This document shows positions 27,267 through 37,803 of a stretch of 64,000 nucleotides of DNA, in pieces. Within the stretch, counting starts at the first letter, position 1. Each line of letters begins with the position of its first letter. A model generated the notes under the pieces. That model ran no database searches, was not told the origin of the DNA, and worked only from the letters and a program-made list of their open reading frames with translations. Source of the DNA: Candidatus Krumholzibacteriota bacterium (GTDB lineage: Bacteria; Krumholzibacteriota; Krumholzibacteriia; JAJRXK01). The stretch spans positions 32,001 through 96,000 of the forward strand of contig CAVXTH010000009.1 in the NCBI GenBank assembly GCA_963764625.1, in the 5' to 3' direction. The position numbers and the translations under genes are program-made.

Positions 27267-28790
27267 TCAGTTCTGCTTCACGAACCGAAGGTCGTCGTAG
27301 GCCACGCTCGCCACCGCGCCGTCCACTACCTCGAACTGGAGCACCTCACCGTGGCCGGGAAGCAATTCCACCCGCATGGAATTGGGCTTGGTGTAGGGCT
27401 CGCCCGTGCAGTGCATCAGGCCCAGGGCGACCGTGAAGGTGGAATCCACGCACGCGATGTGCAACGTGCCAAGTTCTTCGGACTCATAGCTTCCCGCGTA
27501 AGAGGAGGGTTCCAACTGGAGCGTCCATGATCGCCGCGCGCGGTGCTGGAAATCGGCCGCGATGGCCTTGGCATACTGATCGCGCATGGTCGCAAAGTGC
27601 GTGATCTCTTCCTTTGGATCCGTGGTCCCCTCGCCCAGCCACCAGTCGTAGATCCAGGCCGCGAGAGGCTCCAACATGCGGCCGCCGATGCTCCCTTCGT
27701 TGACGAAGATCGCCACTCCGATCCGGGGCTCCTCCATGAATGAGATCAAGGAGCGGAATCCGGGATAGCCACCGGTGTGATATAAGACCGTCTGCCCCGA
27801 GCACGAACCCTGCAGCCACCCCAGGCCGCATCCGCTCAATCCGAACAGATCGTGCACAGGATCGCTCGGGATCACCCGGCTGTGGCGTGTTTCACGGATA
27901 AGCTGGGCGTCGAACACGCGCCGGCCCTCCAGCTCACCCTCATTGATCTGCACGAGCATCCAGCGGGCAGCGTCCCGTGCAGTGGTCATGATGCCGCCGG
28001 CCGACTGCATGGTGGAGTCGGTCTTTACCAGCGACACGCGCTGGATTCCGTTCGGGTTCAGTCCGAAGTACGGTGCGGCCATGGGCCACCCCATCGCAGG
28101 GGGGCGCGAGGCATAGGCCGTGGTTCGTTCCATGCCCAGGGGCTCGAAGATCTCGTCCCGGAGCAGGTCTTGCCAGTGACGGCCCAATTCCCGATCCAGG
28201 ATGAGAGTCAAGAGGTTGTAGTCGAAGTTGGTGTATTCGAAGGCGTGCGGCCCCGCCTCATTCGCCTTCGTGGCCGAAAGCAGCTTCCAGAGCAGCTGCG
28301 GAGTGTGTTCGCCGGTGTAGGCGAGGCGCGTGGTTACTGGACCGTTCTTCAGCCCCGAAGTGTGGCTCAGCAGATCCCGCAGCGAGACATCGGGAGCCAC
28401 CAAGTCCAGGTCCATGCCACTCCCTTGCAAGTGCCCGGCAAGAGGGGAATCCAAATCGAGAGTGCCCCGAGCATCCAAAAGGGCCGCGGCCAGGGCCGTG
28501 AACGGTTTCGTGGCCGAAGCGATGTAATAGATCGTCTGGTCGGTGGCGGGCGTGTGGTGCTCGAGGTCGGCAACGCCATAGCCGCGGGTGATGATTACTT
28601 GCTCGTCCACGACCACCGCGAGAGCCAGGCTGGGCACTTCCGGTACGGTCTGAAGGAGTGCAGTGAAGAGAGAATCGGTTTGGGCGACGAACGCAGGGGC
28701 GTCGTGGATCTCGAGTCGGGCCTGCGCTGGAAGGGCGAAAACACAGTAGGCGGCCCACGGGAGGAGGATCGGAAGTATGCGGAACTTCAT
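27267..28790 (-). CDS. Serine hydrolase, beta-lactamase class C/AmpC-like family
   Basis: YIASATK (SxxK), LLSHTSGL, FEYTN (YxN), IFEPLGM, HTGG; signal peptide; C-terminal DUF3471-like YAGSY domain. Confidence 0.88.
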   Translation of the reverse strand: MKFRILPILLPWAAYCVFALPAQARLEIHDAPAFVAQTDSLFTALLQTVPEVPSLALAVVVDEQVIITRGYGVADLEHHTPATDQTIYYIASATKPFTALAAALLDARGTLDLDSPLAGHLQGSGMDLDLVAPDVSLRDLLSHTSGLKNGPVTTRLAYTGEHTPQLLWKLLSATKANEAGPHAFEYTNFDYNLLTLILDRELGRHWQDLLRDEIFEPLGMERTTAYASRPPAMGWPMAAPYFGLNPNGIQRVSLVKTDSTMQSAGGIMTTARDAARWMLVQINEGELEGRRVFDAQLIRETRHSRVIPSDPVHDLFGLSGCGLGWLQGSCSGQTVLYHTGGYPGFRSLISFMEEPRIGVAIFVNEGSIGGRMLEPLAAWIYDWWLGEGTTDPKEEITHFATMRDQYAKAIAADFQHRARRSWTLQLEPSSYAGSYESEELGTLHIACVDSTFTVALGLMHCTGEPYTKPNSMRVELLPGHGEVLQFEVVDGAVASVAYDDLRFVKQN

Positions 28791-28902
28791 GCGCTTCCTT
28801 CCAGGAGGGGGATCGCGTGCTCTGGAGAGGGCTCCAGAGCGCTATGGGAAGAAGACGCATCAATATCGTGGGGGGTTCCATGGAGCCCGCAGTCCCGATC
28901 GA

Positions 28903-29946
28903 CTACTTGCCCATCACCAAGCGCTGCGTTTCGGTTTGCTGCCCGGTCTGAAGCTGCAGGAAGTACACACCGGAGGCCACGGATTTCCCTTCGTCATCCC
29001 GGCCCTTCCACTGCAGCTCGTGGTGACCGGCCGTCATGGACTGATCCAGCAGGATCCGGACAAGTCGTCCGCTCTGATCGAAGATCTTCAGCTCCACCAT
29101 TCCATCGCGTGACAGGTCGAAGGAAAGGGTGGTCGCGGGATTGAAGGGGTTGGGATGCGGTGGATAGAGCACGGCCGATCGTGAAGAAATCGCGGGAACT
29201 GCAGTAGTGGTTCCACACAGCTCGAACTGCGAATCACCGTCGAACACGTTTCCGGGGATGAGTGGGATTTGAGACTGAGTGAGGACTTGACCGTTAACAT
29301 CGGTGATGCGAACCGTGAAGGGATTCTCCAGAGGAAGGGGAACACCCAAGGTGCCGTCGATGATAAAGACATTGTAGCTCGCGCGCGGTGCCGAAACGTA
29401 TCCCGTGGGAGACAGATACTCTAAAGAGGCGACTCCGTAGCGGGTGTGGCGGGGTTGCACCTGGACATAGTAAGGATTGCTTCCACTCGTGATGTAGTAC
29501 TGGACGTTCCCGGTTGTGGGATCGGGGATAGTGGTCCAGGAGATCGGAATGACACCTTCGCTGAGGTCCGCGAGCTGGGCGAACGCCGCACGGTTCAGAT
29601 CGATGTCGCCTTGCGCACAGCTGGGACAGCTATCGACGATGCGTATGTCGATCGAACCACTGCCGCCAGTGATCCGTACGTAGCGTCCACACATGGCCGA
29701 GTTGTCGTAGTCGACGATGTTCATCGCGGCGACCATGGAATCGGAGTCGTCGCCAATGAACGAGCAGTTTCCTGTACCTGGGGTGTAGTTGTAGTAGGTG
29801 GCCTGTCCGCTGCCCGAGAGAGTGCCGGTGCAAGGGACAGTGGCGCGAGCGAAGGAAGACCCGAATGGGGACAATGGTGCAGTGAGCAGGAATGTGCCCA
29901 CTCCGAACCAGAACGCTCGCTTCGGGTGAAAGCGGCAAATGGACAT
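28903..29946 (-). CDS. Bacterial expansin (EXLX1-like DPBB + CBM63) with FlgD-Ig/T9SS-like CTD
   Basis: GQATYY, GNCSF, AAMN, CGRYVRITG, IVDSCPSCAQGDIDL, GVIPISW, GSNPYY, RASYN, PFTVRITD; PNPFNP...ASGVYF CTD. Confidence 0.88.
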   Translation of the reverse strand: MSICRFHPKRAFWFGVGTFLLTAPLSPFGSSFARATVPCTGTLSGSGQATYYNYTPGTGNCSFIGDDSDSMVAAMNIVDYDNSAMCGRYVRITGGSGSIDIRIVDSCPSCAQGDIDLNRAAFAQLADLSEGVIPISWTTIPDPTTGNVQYYITSGSNPYYVQVQPRHTRYGVASLEYLSPTGYVSAPRASYNVFIIDGTLGVPLPLENPFTVRITDVNGQVLTQSQIPLIPGNVFDGDSQFELCGTTTAVPAISSRSAVLYPPHPNPFNPATTLSFDLSRDGMVELKIFDQSGRLVRILLDQSMTAGHHELQWKGRDDEGKSVASGVYFLQLQTGQQTETQRLVMGK

Positions 29947-30131
29947 GGAACGCTCCGCAAGGCTATGAGGGATCTGTCGGGAATACGATTCTCCGCCACG
30001 GCTCTATTCTAATAAAACTCGCAGTCACCGCCATCCGTCTGCTCAGATTGGCTCGTTATCTTGACCCGCGGTCCACCACGTACCTATTCTTAGTTCGGTG
30101 GCTCCCGTTGCTCATGAGACTGGAGGCCGGG

Positions 30132-31910
30132 ATGTCCAACCGGTGCCGCGCTCCTTTCCTGCCACTGTTGATTCTGGCACTCTTGTTCGTTCAAGATCCT
30201 CGCTCGACCGAAGCGGTCACCTATTCGGTTACCGATCAGGCCTTGCTAGACCAGGCGCTGGCCGCGACTGCTCCCGGGGACACCGTTCTGATCGTGGGGG
30301 ATGGAATCGAGTACGGGATTGCGCGCCTTCGGGTGGGAATCCATTTGATATGTGCCACGCCCTATACGTCGAGTCTCGCGCACATGGAGGCGTTGGATCT
30401 CGCTCAGGAGACGGTCGTCGAGGGTCTCCGATTCAGCGGCGGCTGGCCCCCCCCGGGCGAACTGCCTCCCTTGGGCAGCTACGATGCCAGCGTGCTCGTG
30501 GAAGGATCGAAGGTTTCGTTCCGTGATTGTCGCATGGAACAACTCTCCTACTTCTGGGGCTCTTCACACTACAAGACCGACGTCGATCCCATTTCGAGTA
30601 TTGGCCCGATTTTATTGATGAACAGCCAAGTAAAATTCAGCGACTGTCTCTTTCAGAATAACGGGGGAGGCATTCAATTCGCGGAAGGCCCCGCGTACGG
30701 ATGTATTTGGCAACGTGGAGCGGGTGTAACTTCGTTTGAGAATTGCACTTTCCTGGACCAGCCCTTTCCCATCTCAGCCGATGGTCCACTCGGGATCATC
30801 GATTCCACGTTCCTCAACTGTGGCCCCGGGTTGATCGTCTCCAAGAGCGTGCTCAGCCTCACTGGCTCGTTAGTCCTTGGCAGTGGGCCGTCTCTTTACC
30901 AGAGCGACGACCTCAGTCACATCTTCAGTTTTGCTCGCAGCATTCAGGCCTTTGGTCAGGTGTACATCGAAGGAAATACCTTCGTCGACAACCCCATCGT
31001 GGAACGCTATTGGGGCAACGTCTGGGAGGTAGAGACCCCGGAGATCTATGTGCCACTGGTCGTGTTGGAGGACGGGGTCACCGGCTCGGTGTCGCACAAC
31101 CTCTTCATCGGTCTCACCGGTCCAGCCGTGAAAGGACCCCATGGGGTCGAGCTGAGCTGCAATGACGCCTGGGAGGGCAAGTCCTCTTTGTGGACTGGTG
31201 GTATGGGTGATGTCACCGGCGTGAATGGAAACATTTCGCAGGCGCCGATCTTCTGCTCCCGGGTGGACAGCAACTACACTTTGAGCGCGCAATCGCCGGC
31301 GGTCGCAGAACCGTGCGGTGTGATGGGAGCATTTCCCGTTGCCTGCGACCGGGAGACCGCAGCAGCGCTCGGGAGTTTCTCCGCGCGGTGGACGACAGAA
31401 GGGGTCAGGCTGCGATGGGAGCTCACGAAGCCGCTCGAAGAAGGCTCAGAGTTCGTTCTTGAACGACTCGATCGGGGCGGCATGCGTGAACTCTTTCGGG
31501 GAGAGGCCTCGACCTACGTCGATCCCGCGCCGCCCGAGGAAGGACCTCTACGCTATGCGCTCGGGTACGAGGTCGATGGAGGGTCTCCGACGATTCTGGC
31601 CTGGATCGAGCCTTCAGGAGAACGGCCACAACCGCGAACGCGGCTCCTGGCGGCCAGGCCCAATCCCTTCAACCCTGCGACTACGATTCGATTCGAAGTC
31701 GAACGGTTGACCCATGCCAGGCTCCGTATCTTCGACCGAGCCGGTAGACTCGTGAAAACTCTGATCGACGAGCCATGTTCATCCGGCATGCATGAAGTCA
31801 GATGGCACGGCGAAGATTTCAAGGGAAACCAGGTTGCGACCGGCGTGTACTTCTACCAGCTCCAGACGCGCAGCTTTGCCCGCACCAGGCGGATGGTACT
31901 CTTGAAATAG
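30132..31910 (+). CDS. Secreted right-handed beta-helix protein with FlgD-Ig/T9SS-like CTD
   Basis: GGAGG RBS; PGDTVLI; repeated F.DC/F.NCTF strands; GNISQAPIFC..YTL...SP..MGA; PNPFNP...ATGVYFYQL...RRMVLLK. Confidence 0.78.
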   Translation: MSNRCRAPFLPLLILALLFVQDPRSTEAVTYSVTDQALLDQALAATAPGDTVLIVGDGIEYGIARLRVGIHLICATPYTSSLAHMEALDLAQETVVEGLRFSGGWPPPGELPPLGSYDASVLVEGSKVSFRDCRMEQLSYFWGSSHYKTDVDPISSIGPILLMNSQVKFSDCLFQNNGGGIQFAEGPAYGCIWQRGAGVTSFENCTFLDQPFPISADGPLGIIDSTFLNCGPGLIVSKSVLSLTGSLVLGSGPSLYQSDDLSHIFSFARSIQAFGQVYIEGNTFVDNPIVERYWGNVWEVETPEIYVPLVVLEDGVTGSVSHNLFIGLTGPAVKGPHGVELSCNDAWEGKSSLWTGGMGDVTGVNGNISQAPIFCSRVDSNYTLSAQSPAVAEPCGVMGAFPVACDRETAAALGSFSARWTTEGVRLRWELTKPLEEGSEFVLERLDRGGMRELFRGEASTYVDPAPPEEGPLRYALGYEVDGGSPTILAWIEPSGERPQPRTRLLAARPNPFNPATTIRFEVERLTHARLRIFDRAGRLVKTLIDEPCSSGMHEVRWHGEDFKGNQVATGVYFYQLQTRSFARTRRMVLLK

Positions 31911-31976
31911 AAGTTCGAAGAACTGCGATGATTGCCATGCGCAAGCTCCGGACTGGTGGATGGAGGCGTGGGGTGA

Positions 31977-32399
31977 TCATCCCATGCCTCTGGCGATCAA
32001 TGGCACCACGATCGCAATTGTCGCCAAAACCAGAAGTACCAGGACGAAGAGCTTGTAGCGGGCATTGTAGGTTCCCAGCAACTCGTCGTCGTAGTACTTA
32101 GCGACGTCGTTGTCCTCGTACATTCTTCTGAGTCCCTGGAGCAACCTCTCCCGTGACGAGCGACCGGCGATCAGCGCACGGGTGGCGAAGATGTTGATGA
32201 GGACGGTGCCAACGATCAGTAGACCCAAGATGAAGTCGTTGCGGGCTGGGTCATGACCTCCTGAAGCGGAGCTTGCCACACCCCAGTTGATGCCCAGAAC
32301 CACGAGGTTGAACAGGACGGCCGAGACGACGAAAACTGTATCAGTCTTTGCATTCTGCTGCAGTTCGCTCACGATGTGATCGTGGATCTCCTTGAGCAT
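31977..32399 (-). CDS. Small membrane protein (3 TM), hypothetical
   Basis: Three hydrophobic segments; conserved-looking HIVSELQQNAKTDT and MYEDNDVAKYYD; AAGGGG RBS. Confidence 0.7.
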   Translation of the reverse strand: MLKEIHDHIVSELQQNAKTDTVFVVSAVLFNLVVLGINWGVASSASGGHDPARNDFILGLLIVGTVLINIFATRALIAGRSSRERLLQGLRRMYEDNDVAKYYDDELLGTYNARYKLFVLVLLVLATIAIVVPLIARGMG

Positions 32400-32702
32400 G
32401 ATCGCCCCTTTCCCATTCGACATCGAGGTCTCGTACGGAACCAGATTCTATCCTCGTTTGCTCTCAGTCATCAATCATCGTCCTTTGGTCCTGATCCACT
32501 CGGGATCTTCCGGATAAGCTCCACCTGCGGACTTGTGTGAGGTTCTTTTGGACCGCGGGCTTCGCGCGTCCATCAATTCCGCCCAGCCCCTTCTTCGTGT
32601 GCTAGGATGGGATCGACCTCTCCCCCTGGACTCCACCGTTGAGTCCCCGCCCAAGAACCTGAACTCTCATCGCTGCATCAACCTTCTCCCTGGAGGGTCC
32701 GC

Positions 32703-35336
32703 ATGAGTCGTGTCTCATTCCATCTCTCCTTTCTCACCATTTTGGCCTCGGCGTTCGCCCTCCTCTTCGTCTGGCCGGAGGACTCCAAGCGCTTGGACAC
32801 CAGTGCAATTGGAGAACCAGATGGTCCGGAGGCGATCGAAGGTTTCTTCTCCCATTGGTTCGGCGAACTCGGGTTTCCCATGAGCATCCAGGCCCGCAAC
32901 GACTTGCACGACGGCTATTTGCGACTCGCAAGCGAAGCACTCCCTACCACGCCCTCGCAGAAACTTGGGGGCAGCTGGCAATACATGGGTCCCGAAGTCA
33001 TCCAGTCGGGCGAGGCGTACTCCCACCAAAGTTACTCGATGGGGCGCGTCGCCTACTTCGAAGATCTGCCGGGATACTCTCGCTACCGGGTCGCCGCTCC
33101 CACCGGAGGACTCTGGGAGGTCGACCAGGATCCCGGACATCCCGTTCCCCTGTCCGACACCATCGAGGTGCCATTTGGACTCGTGGCGGGTGCTTTCGCC
33201 ACGGATCCAACGAACGAAGATGTCATCATCCTTGGGTCGGGTGTGTTCGGCTATGCAAATGGGTCAGGTCTCTGGAGAACCGTTGACCGAGGAGCGAACT
33301 GGACTTTGATTACGGTCAGTGCGAATCCGTATTACGAACCCACGATCTTCTATCGCATTCGGTTTGACCCGTCGAACCCAAGCCGCGTGCACCTGGCGAC
33401 CGACAAGGGCTACTGGCTTTCGACCGACGGCGGTCTGAGCTACGACAAGAAGCTCGATGGAAGCGAAACGGACATTGCGTTCATTCCCTCCTTGCCCAAC
33501 GTGGTGTATACGGCAAATGCGACAGCCGCTGACAGCAGCGGGATCTACTTCTCGGACAATAATGGGGACACTTTCGTGCATCTCGTGGGAGGGGGAGTCC
33601 CGGCCGGGGATGTGCGAAGAACGTCGATTGCAGTGGGCCCTACCGAGATCGGGGGGAGTCCTACGAAACTCTACGTGTCCGTCGATCGTGTGGGGGGACC
33701 CGCAATATACAGTTCAGTCGACGGCGCGAACTGGAACGACATCACGCCGGCGAACACAAATGGATTGATTCGCGGAAACTACAACAACGCGATCACCGCC
33801 GATCCGATCGTTCCCGGATACCTACTGGTCGGCTGGGTGAATCTATACTGGTCGATCGACGACGGTGCCTCCTGGCAAATTGCCAGTGGCTTACACTCGG
33901 ATTTCCATGCGCTGGGTTGGGATGACGAAGTCACACTCATCGTCGGCAATGACGCGGGACTGCAGCAAGGCAATATTCCGGGTCCTGGATCCACCGATTT
34001 TAATTGGCTCGCGCCCACGTGGTATCCCATTGCGCAGCTTTACGAATCGGATGTGTCGCCCAGCGATGGCGAGTGCGCGATCTTCGGGATGCAGGACAAC
34101 GGAATTGCCACCACCCGCCGGTTGATCAACGACGGAGGGTATAGCTACTGGGCGCGCGGGGGGGACGCGGGCAGCGTCGCACTCGACCCGATTTGTTGGG
34201 GGCCATGGTGGGCTGTCGATGTCACCAATGCTGCCAGCTATCCCGACCCGGATGGACTCAACTTCCGCAACTACACTTCGAAGGATCTGGGAGTGACCTT
34301 TCAGGAGAGCAGTAGCGGAATTCAGCCGTCGCTCAAATTCATCCGCCACGTGCGCAGTCCGAGGGTACCCGCCCAAGGGCGTCGCATCGTCACCTACTCG
34401 GAGGACAAGGTCTATGGTTCGACCGACGCCGGTCAAAACTGGACCGAGCTGAATGTAACCCCTTTCGATGGACAGGTTCAGGACCTGTCGATCTCGGACA
34501 CAGTCGGTGACAATGTCTGGGCGGTCACGAACAAAGACGATGTCGGTTTCAATGAGCGCATTCTCTATCGGAGCTCCAATGGCACCTGGTTCGAACGCTC
34601 GCAGACTTTGCCTAACAAAATACAAGTGGTGCGCATTGCGCCGGCCGACCCCTATGGCAATCGCCCGGACGAGGTGTATGCCCTGATTGGCCCCGGCACG
34701 AGCACAGGAGCGGCTGCGGGGAACCGCCTGTTCTTCACCGACGATGCCGGGCTCAACTGGCAGAATCTCACGGGAAATCTCCCGGCCGAGCTACCCATCT
34801 TCGATCTCATCGAGAATTGGACCAACCCCGACATTCTCTATTTGGCCACGGCAGCGGGGGTCTTGCGCACCACTGACCGCGGGATCACATGGGTCCGCTG
34901 GAATAACGGCTGGCCCGAAGCGGTCATCGTGACGCGGATGATCGTGAACTACCCCGACTACGGTCGTGGCTTCCTCTACGCCACGACCTACGGGCGGGGC
35001 ATGTGGCGGAGAGATATCTCCGATGACATGACGATCTCCACTGGGGCGCCCGAAGTGAATTCCACCAGCATCGCGTTGCGAGTCCGCGACAACCCGGCGT
35101 ACGGCGATGCGCGTTTCGAATACGAGCTTCCCAAAGCGGCTCCCGTGAGTCTCGAGATCTACGACCTGCGTGGACGACTCGTCCGCCGACTCGAGACCAG
35201 CGGCCTCGTCGGAGTCAATCAGTTGGCTTGGGCGGGCCGAGACGAGCACGGAAGAATCGTGGGAAATGGGGTGTACTTCGCGGTGCTGCGTACCCCGGTC
35301 GGCACGACGAATACGCGGTTCGTCCTCACCCGCTGA
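32703..35336 (+). CDS. Secreted BNR/Asp-box (VPS10-like) beta-propeller protein with FlgD-Ig/T9SS-like CTD
   Basis: Multiple S/T-x-D-x-G-x-x-W Asp boxes, HSDFH, GMQDNG, GGDAG, ATTYGRGMW; YDLRGRLVR...NGVYF CTD. Confidence 0.85.
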   Translation: MSRVSFHLSFLTILASAFALLFVWPEDSKRLDTSAIGEPDGPEAIEGFFSHWFGELGFPMSIQARNDLHDGYLRLASEALPTTPSQKLGGSWQYMGPEVIQSGEAYSHQSYSMGRVAYFEDLPGYSRYRVAAPTGGLWEVDQDPGHPVPLSDTIEVPFGLVAGAFATDPTNEDVIILGSGVFGYANGSGLWRTVDRGANWTLITVSANPYYEPTIFYRIRFDPSNPSRVHLATDKGYWLSTDGGLSYDKKLDGSETDIAFIPSLPNVVYTANATAADSSGIYFSDNNGDTFVHLVGGGVPAGDVRRTSIAVGPTEIGGSPTKLYVSVDRVGGPAIYSSVDGANWNDITPANTNGLIRGNYNNAITADPIVPGYLLVGWVNLYWSIDDGASWQIASGLHSDFHALGWDDEVTLIVGNDAGLQQGNIPGPGSTDFNWLAPTWYPIAQLYESDVSPSDGECAIFGMQDNGIATTRRLINDGGYSYWARGGDAGSVALDPICWGPWWAVDVTNAASYPDPDGLNFRNYTSKDLGVTFQESSSGIQPSLKFIRHVRSPRVPAQGRRIVTYSEDKVYGSTDAGQNWTELNVTPFDGQVQDLSISDTVGDNVWAVTNKDDVGFNERILYRSSNGTWFERSQTLPNKIQVVRIAPADPYGNRPDEVYALIGPGTSTGAAAGNRLFFTDDAGLNWQNLTGNLPAELPIFDLIENWTNPDILYLATAAGVLRTTDRGITWVRWNNGWPEAVIVTRMIVNYPDYGRGFLYATTYGRGMWRRDISDDMTISTGAPEVNSTSIALRVRDNPAYGDARFEYELPKAAPVSLEIYDLRGRLVRRLETSGLVGVNQLAWAGRDEHGRIVGNGVYFAVLRTPVGTTNTRFVLTR

Positions 35337-35441
35337 TCGGGAATAGCTGACCGGCGCAATTCGCGGCTACCGGCGTTGCGCTGTGACCATCGGTGACAAT
35401 GTTGAGGGTATCCGGGTCTTTCGAAGGAATTCGATTGAAAG

Positions 35442-36986
35442 GTGGTGAGGGCCGCGAACCGTCGTACAGCATATCGGCTTGGATGGGCTCTGGTGCTCGG
35501 AGTCGCTCTGTGGTTGCGGTTGCGCGCGCTTCATCCCTACGGCTATACCTCTGACGGTTGTGAATACGTCATTGCTCTCCGCCGGGGCTATCTCCCGCAC
35601 TCACCTTACGTGCTCTATTACTGGATCGGCTGGCTGCTGCATCGCGTCTTTCCCGCCGACATCGCGCTTTCCGTGTTGAGTTTTTGCGCGGGCGTGGCCG
35701 CTCCTTTCGTGCTCGGTTGGTTAGTGAAGCGAGTCACGAGGAGTTCTTGGGCAGGGCTCGTCGCTGCGGCGGTGTATGCGATGTCCCCGCTGTGTGTGGC
35801 GGGCACCGGAATCATCGAAGTCTATCCACTTCAGGTTACACTTCTGCTCCTGGGCTTGGCGGTGACCGCGGGTTTGGGACCGCGGGCTGCCTTTACCGGA
35901 GCGTTTATTTACGGCGCGGCAATCGCGGCGCATTCGGGTTCGCTGTTTGCTTTTCCCGCTTTCGTCTATCTGTTGGTTCGGAAACCATCCATCTCGCTGC
36001 GACCGAACGAGTCACCCTCGAGTTGGCAGCGTCCCCTCGCTGCGATCGCGGGCATCGTGATCGTTCCCGCGTTGGGCGCGAGCTGGCTGGCGCTGCTGTT
36101 TCTTCACTCCTCGCACGTGAGCCCTTGGTCGGACTGGCTGGTGTACCTGCGTGGGATCGCACCGTCGCCCACCCTCACTCTTGCCGCCTTCCTCACGCTC
36201 CCGCGGGAAATCGTGCACACTGTGGCGCGCATGCTCGATGCCACCTTCGGTTGGCGGATCGTTCCCGGTTTTCTGCTCCTGGCCTGCGCTGCCGCCGCGT
36301 GGAGGAAGCACAGGAACTCCTTCTATCTGTGGCTGGCCTTGAGCGCGCCCTACCTGATCTACGAGAGCCTGATCCACGAGGTCTTGGATCGAGGAATCTA
36401 TACGGTCTTCGCGGTTCCGGCGATGGCGGGCCTGATTAGCTGTGGTGTGTACGAGCTCTTCAGAAATCGCCGGATAGAGTCGTCGCGGATCAACCGCGTA
36501 GCCGCATCGGTGGCAGTGGTGATGTTGATGGCCGGACCTCTCGCAAAGTCGTTCGCGAGTGGTAGAAACGTTCTCTCACGGAAAGAGTTCTTCCAGCAGG
36601 ATCTCCTTCGGGACGCACGTTGGATGGCGACCCACCTTTCTCAAGAGTCCTATGTTTTGCTGAGCCCATCGCTGGAGCGACCCTATTGGCTTGCGTGCTA
36701 CTCGCAGCTGCGCGGCATGACCTACCGCCACGGACAGTATCGCCGCTTCGTGGGGGAGCGTTGGGCGCCCCTCAACGCCACTTCGTTTCGACCGCTCACA
36801 CGGAACGACCTGCGCGCGATCCTGGACAACGGGATCGCGGTGGTGAGCGTGGTCGAAGATTCTCAAATTGTCGAGCTGGCGTCGAGCGAGAGCGGGTCAG
36901 TCCACTATCGGTGGAAGCGACTCGGAGAGGACGGGATGGAGAAGCTCCCGACACTCTACTCCCTGGAGCGAAGCGCCGACGAGTGA
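35442..36986 (+). CDS. Multi-pass membrane protein, GT-C/DUF2723-like glycosyltransferase
   Basis: N-terminal TM then SDGCEY, PHSPYVLY, EVYPL, AIAAH motifs; about 10 TM segments and a soluble C-terminal part. Confidence 0.6.
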   Translation: MVRAANRRTAYRLGWALVLGVALWLRLRALHPYGYTSDGCEYVIALRRGYLPHSPYVLYYWIGWLLHRVFPADIALSVLSFCAGVAAPFVLGWLVKRVTRSSWAGLVAAAVYAMSPLCVAGTGIIEVYPLQVTLLLLGLAVTAGLGPRAAFTGAFIYGAAIAAHSGSLFAFPAFVYLLVRKPSISLRPNESPSSWQRPLAAIAGIVIVPALGASWLALLFLHSSHVSPWSDWLVYLRGIAPSPTLTLAAFLTLPREIVHTVARMLDATFGWRIVPGFLLLACAAAAWRKHRNSFYLWLALSAPYLIYESLIHEVLDRGIYTVFAVPAMAGLISCGVYELFRNRRIESSRINRVAASVAVVMLMAGPLAKSFASGRNVLSRKEFFQQDLLRDARWMATHLSQESYVLLSPSLERPYWLACYSQLRGMTYRHGQYRRFVGERWAPLNATSFRPLTRNDLRAILDNGIAVVSVVEDSQIVELASSESGSVHYRWKRLGEDGMEKLPTLYSLERSADE

Positions 36987-37019
36987 GCTTGCGCGCACCC
37001 GAGCCGCAGAGCGAGATCT

Positions 37020-37739
37020 TCAATCCGCGAGGTAGTACTCAACGGTCGAGACCACACGGACTCTCTTGATGTGAGGATTGTTCTGGTCGCGGTCGCTGAT
37101 GGTGAACTGTCCCTGGGACGCCCGCTTGATCTTGCCGACGGTGCTATTGGAATCATGGGCGAACTTCTCGGCCACTTCGCGGGCATTGCGGGTGGCTTCC
37201 TCGATCATCGCGGGCTTGATGTCGTTCAGCTTGGTGAAGATGTACTGAGTCCGACTCTGGAAGTCGTCTCCCTTGAGAACGATACCGTCCTTTCCCAGCT
37301 CCGAAACTGCGGTTAGTGCAGTCCTGACAGTATCTACTTTCTCAGTGTATACGGTCACCGCCTGGCTCGCAGTAAAGCGCAGGGCGACGCTCTGCTGACC
37401 GCCGTATTGCTGGGCCAGCTTGTCGGTGATCGAGGGAGGGCTGACCGTGATCTCCTCGCGCTCGAAACCGTGCTTGAGGAGAAACGCGACGACCTGCTTC
37501 GTCTTGGTGTCCAGAGAGCTGTAGAGCTGGCCCAGGTCGTTGTTGGCGTCGGTGAAGGTGACCGGCCACAGGGCCACGTCGGCCTTGACCTCACGTTCGG
37601 CCAGTCCTTTGACGGTGACGACGCGATCGAGCTTCTTGACCCGCAGCGCACTGTTCCCCAGTACGATTCCCAGTACCACGAGTCCGGCGCCAATGCAGAG
37701 ACCCAGAGCCAAGGGTCCACGCATACTCTTCTCGTTCAT
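37020..37739 (-). CDS. SIMPL domain (DUF541) protein
   Basis: VTVKGLAEREVKAD..W, KPAMIEEATRNAREVAEKFA, GKIKRASQGQFTI, KRVRVVSTVEY; N-terminal TM. Confidence 0.92.
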   Translation of the reverse strand: MNEKSMRGPLALGLCIGAGLVVLGIVLGNSALRVKKLDRVVTVKGLAEREVKADVALWPVTFTDANNDLGQLYSSLDTKTKQVVAFLLKHGFEREEITVSPPSITDKLAQQYGGQQSVALRFTASQAVTVYTEKVDTVRTALTAVSELGKDGIVLKGDDFQSRTQYIFTKLNDIKPAMIEEATRNAREVAEKFAHDSNSTVGKIKRASQGQFTISDRDQNNPHIKRVRVVSTVEYYLAD

Positions 37740-37803
37740 GGACAATCTCCTGATTCAGGTTCTGGGAAAGATAGTACCTCGCTGAGGGTACGGCACTTCG
37801 TCT

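Noticed and set aside
27267-28790. Antibiotic-resistance beta-lactamase
   Set aside because: SxxK/YxN/HTG motifs define the broad serine hydrolase family; nothing indicates true beta-lactamase activity or mobility
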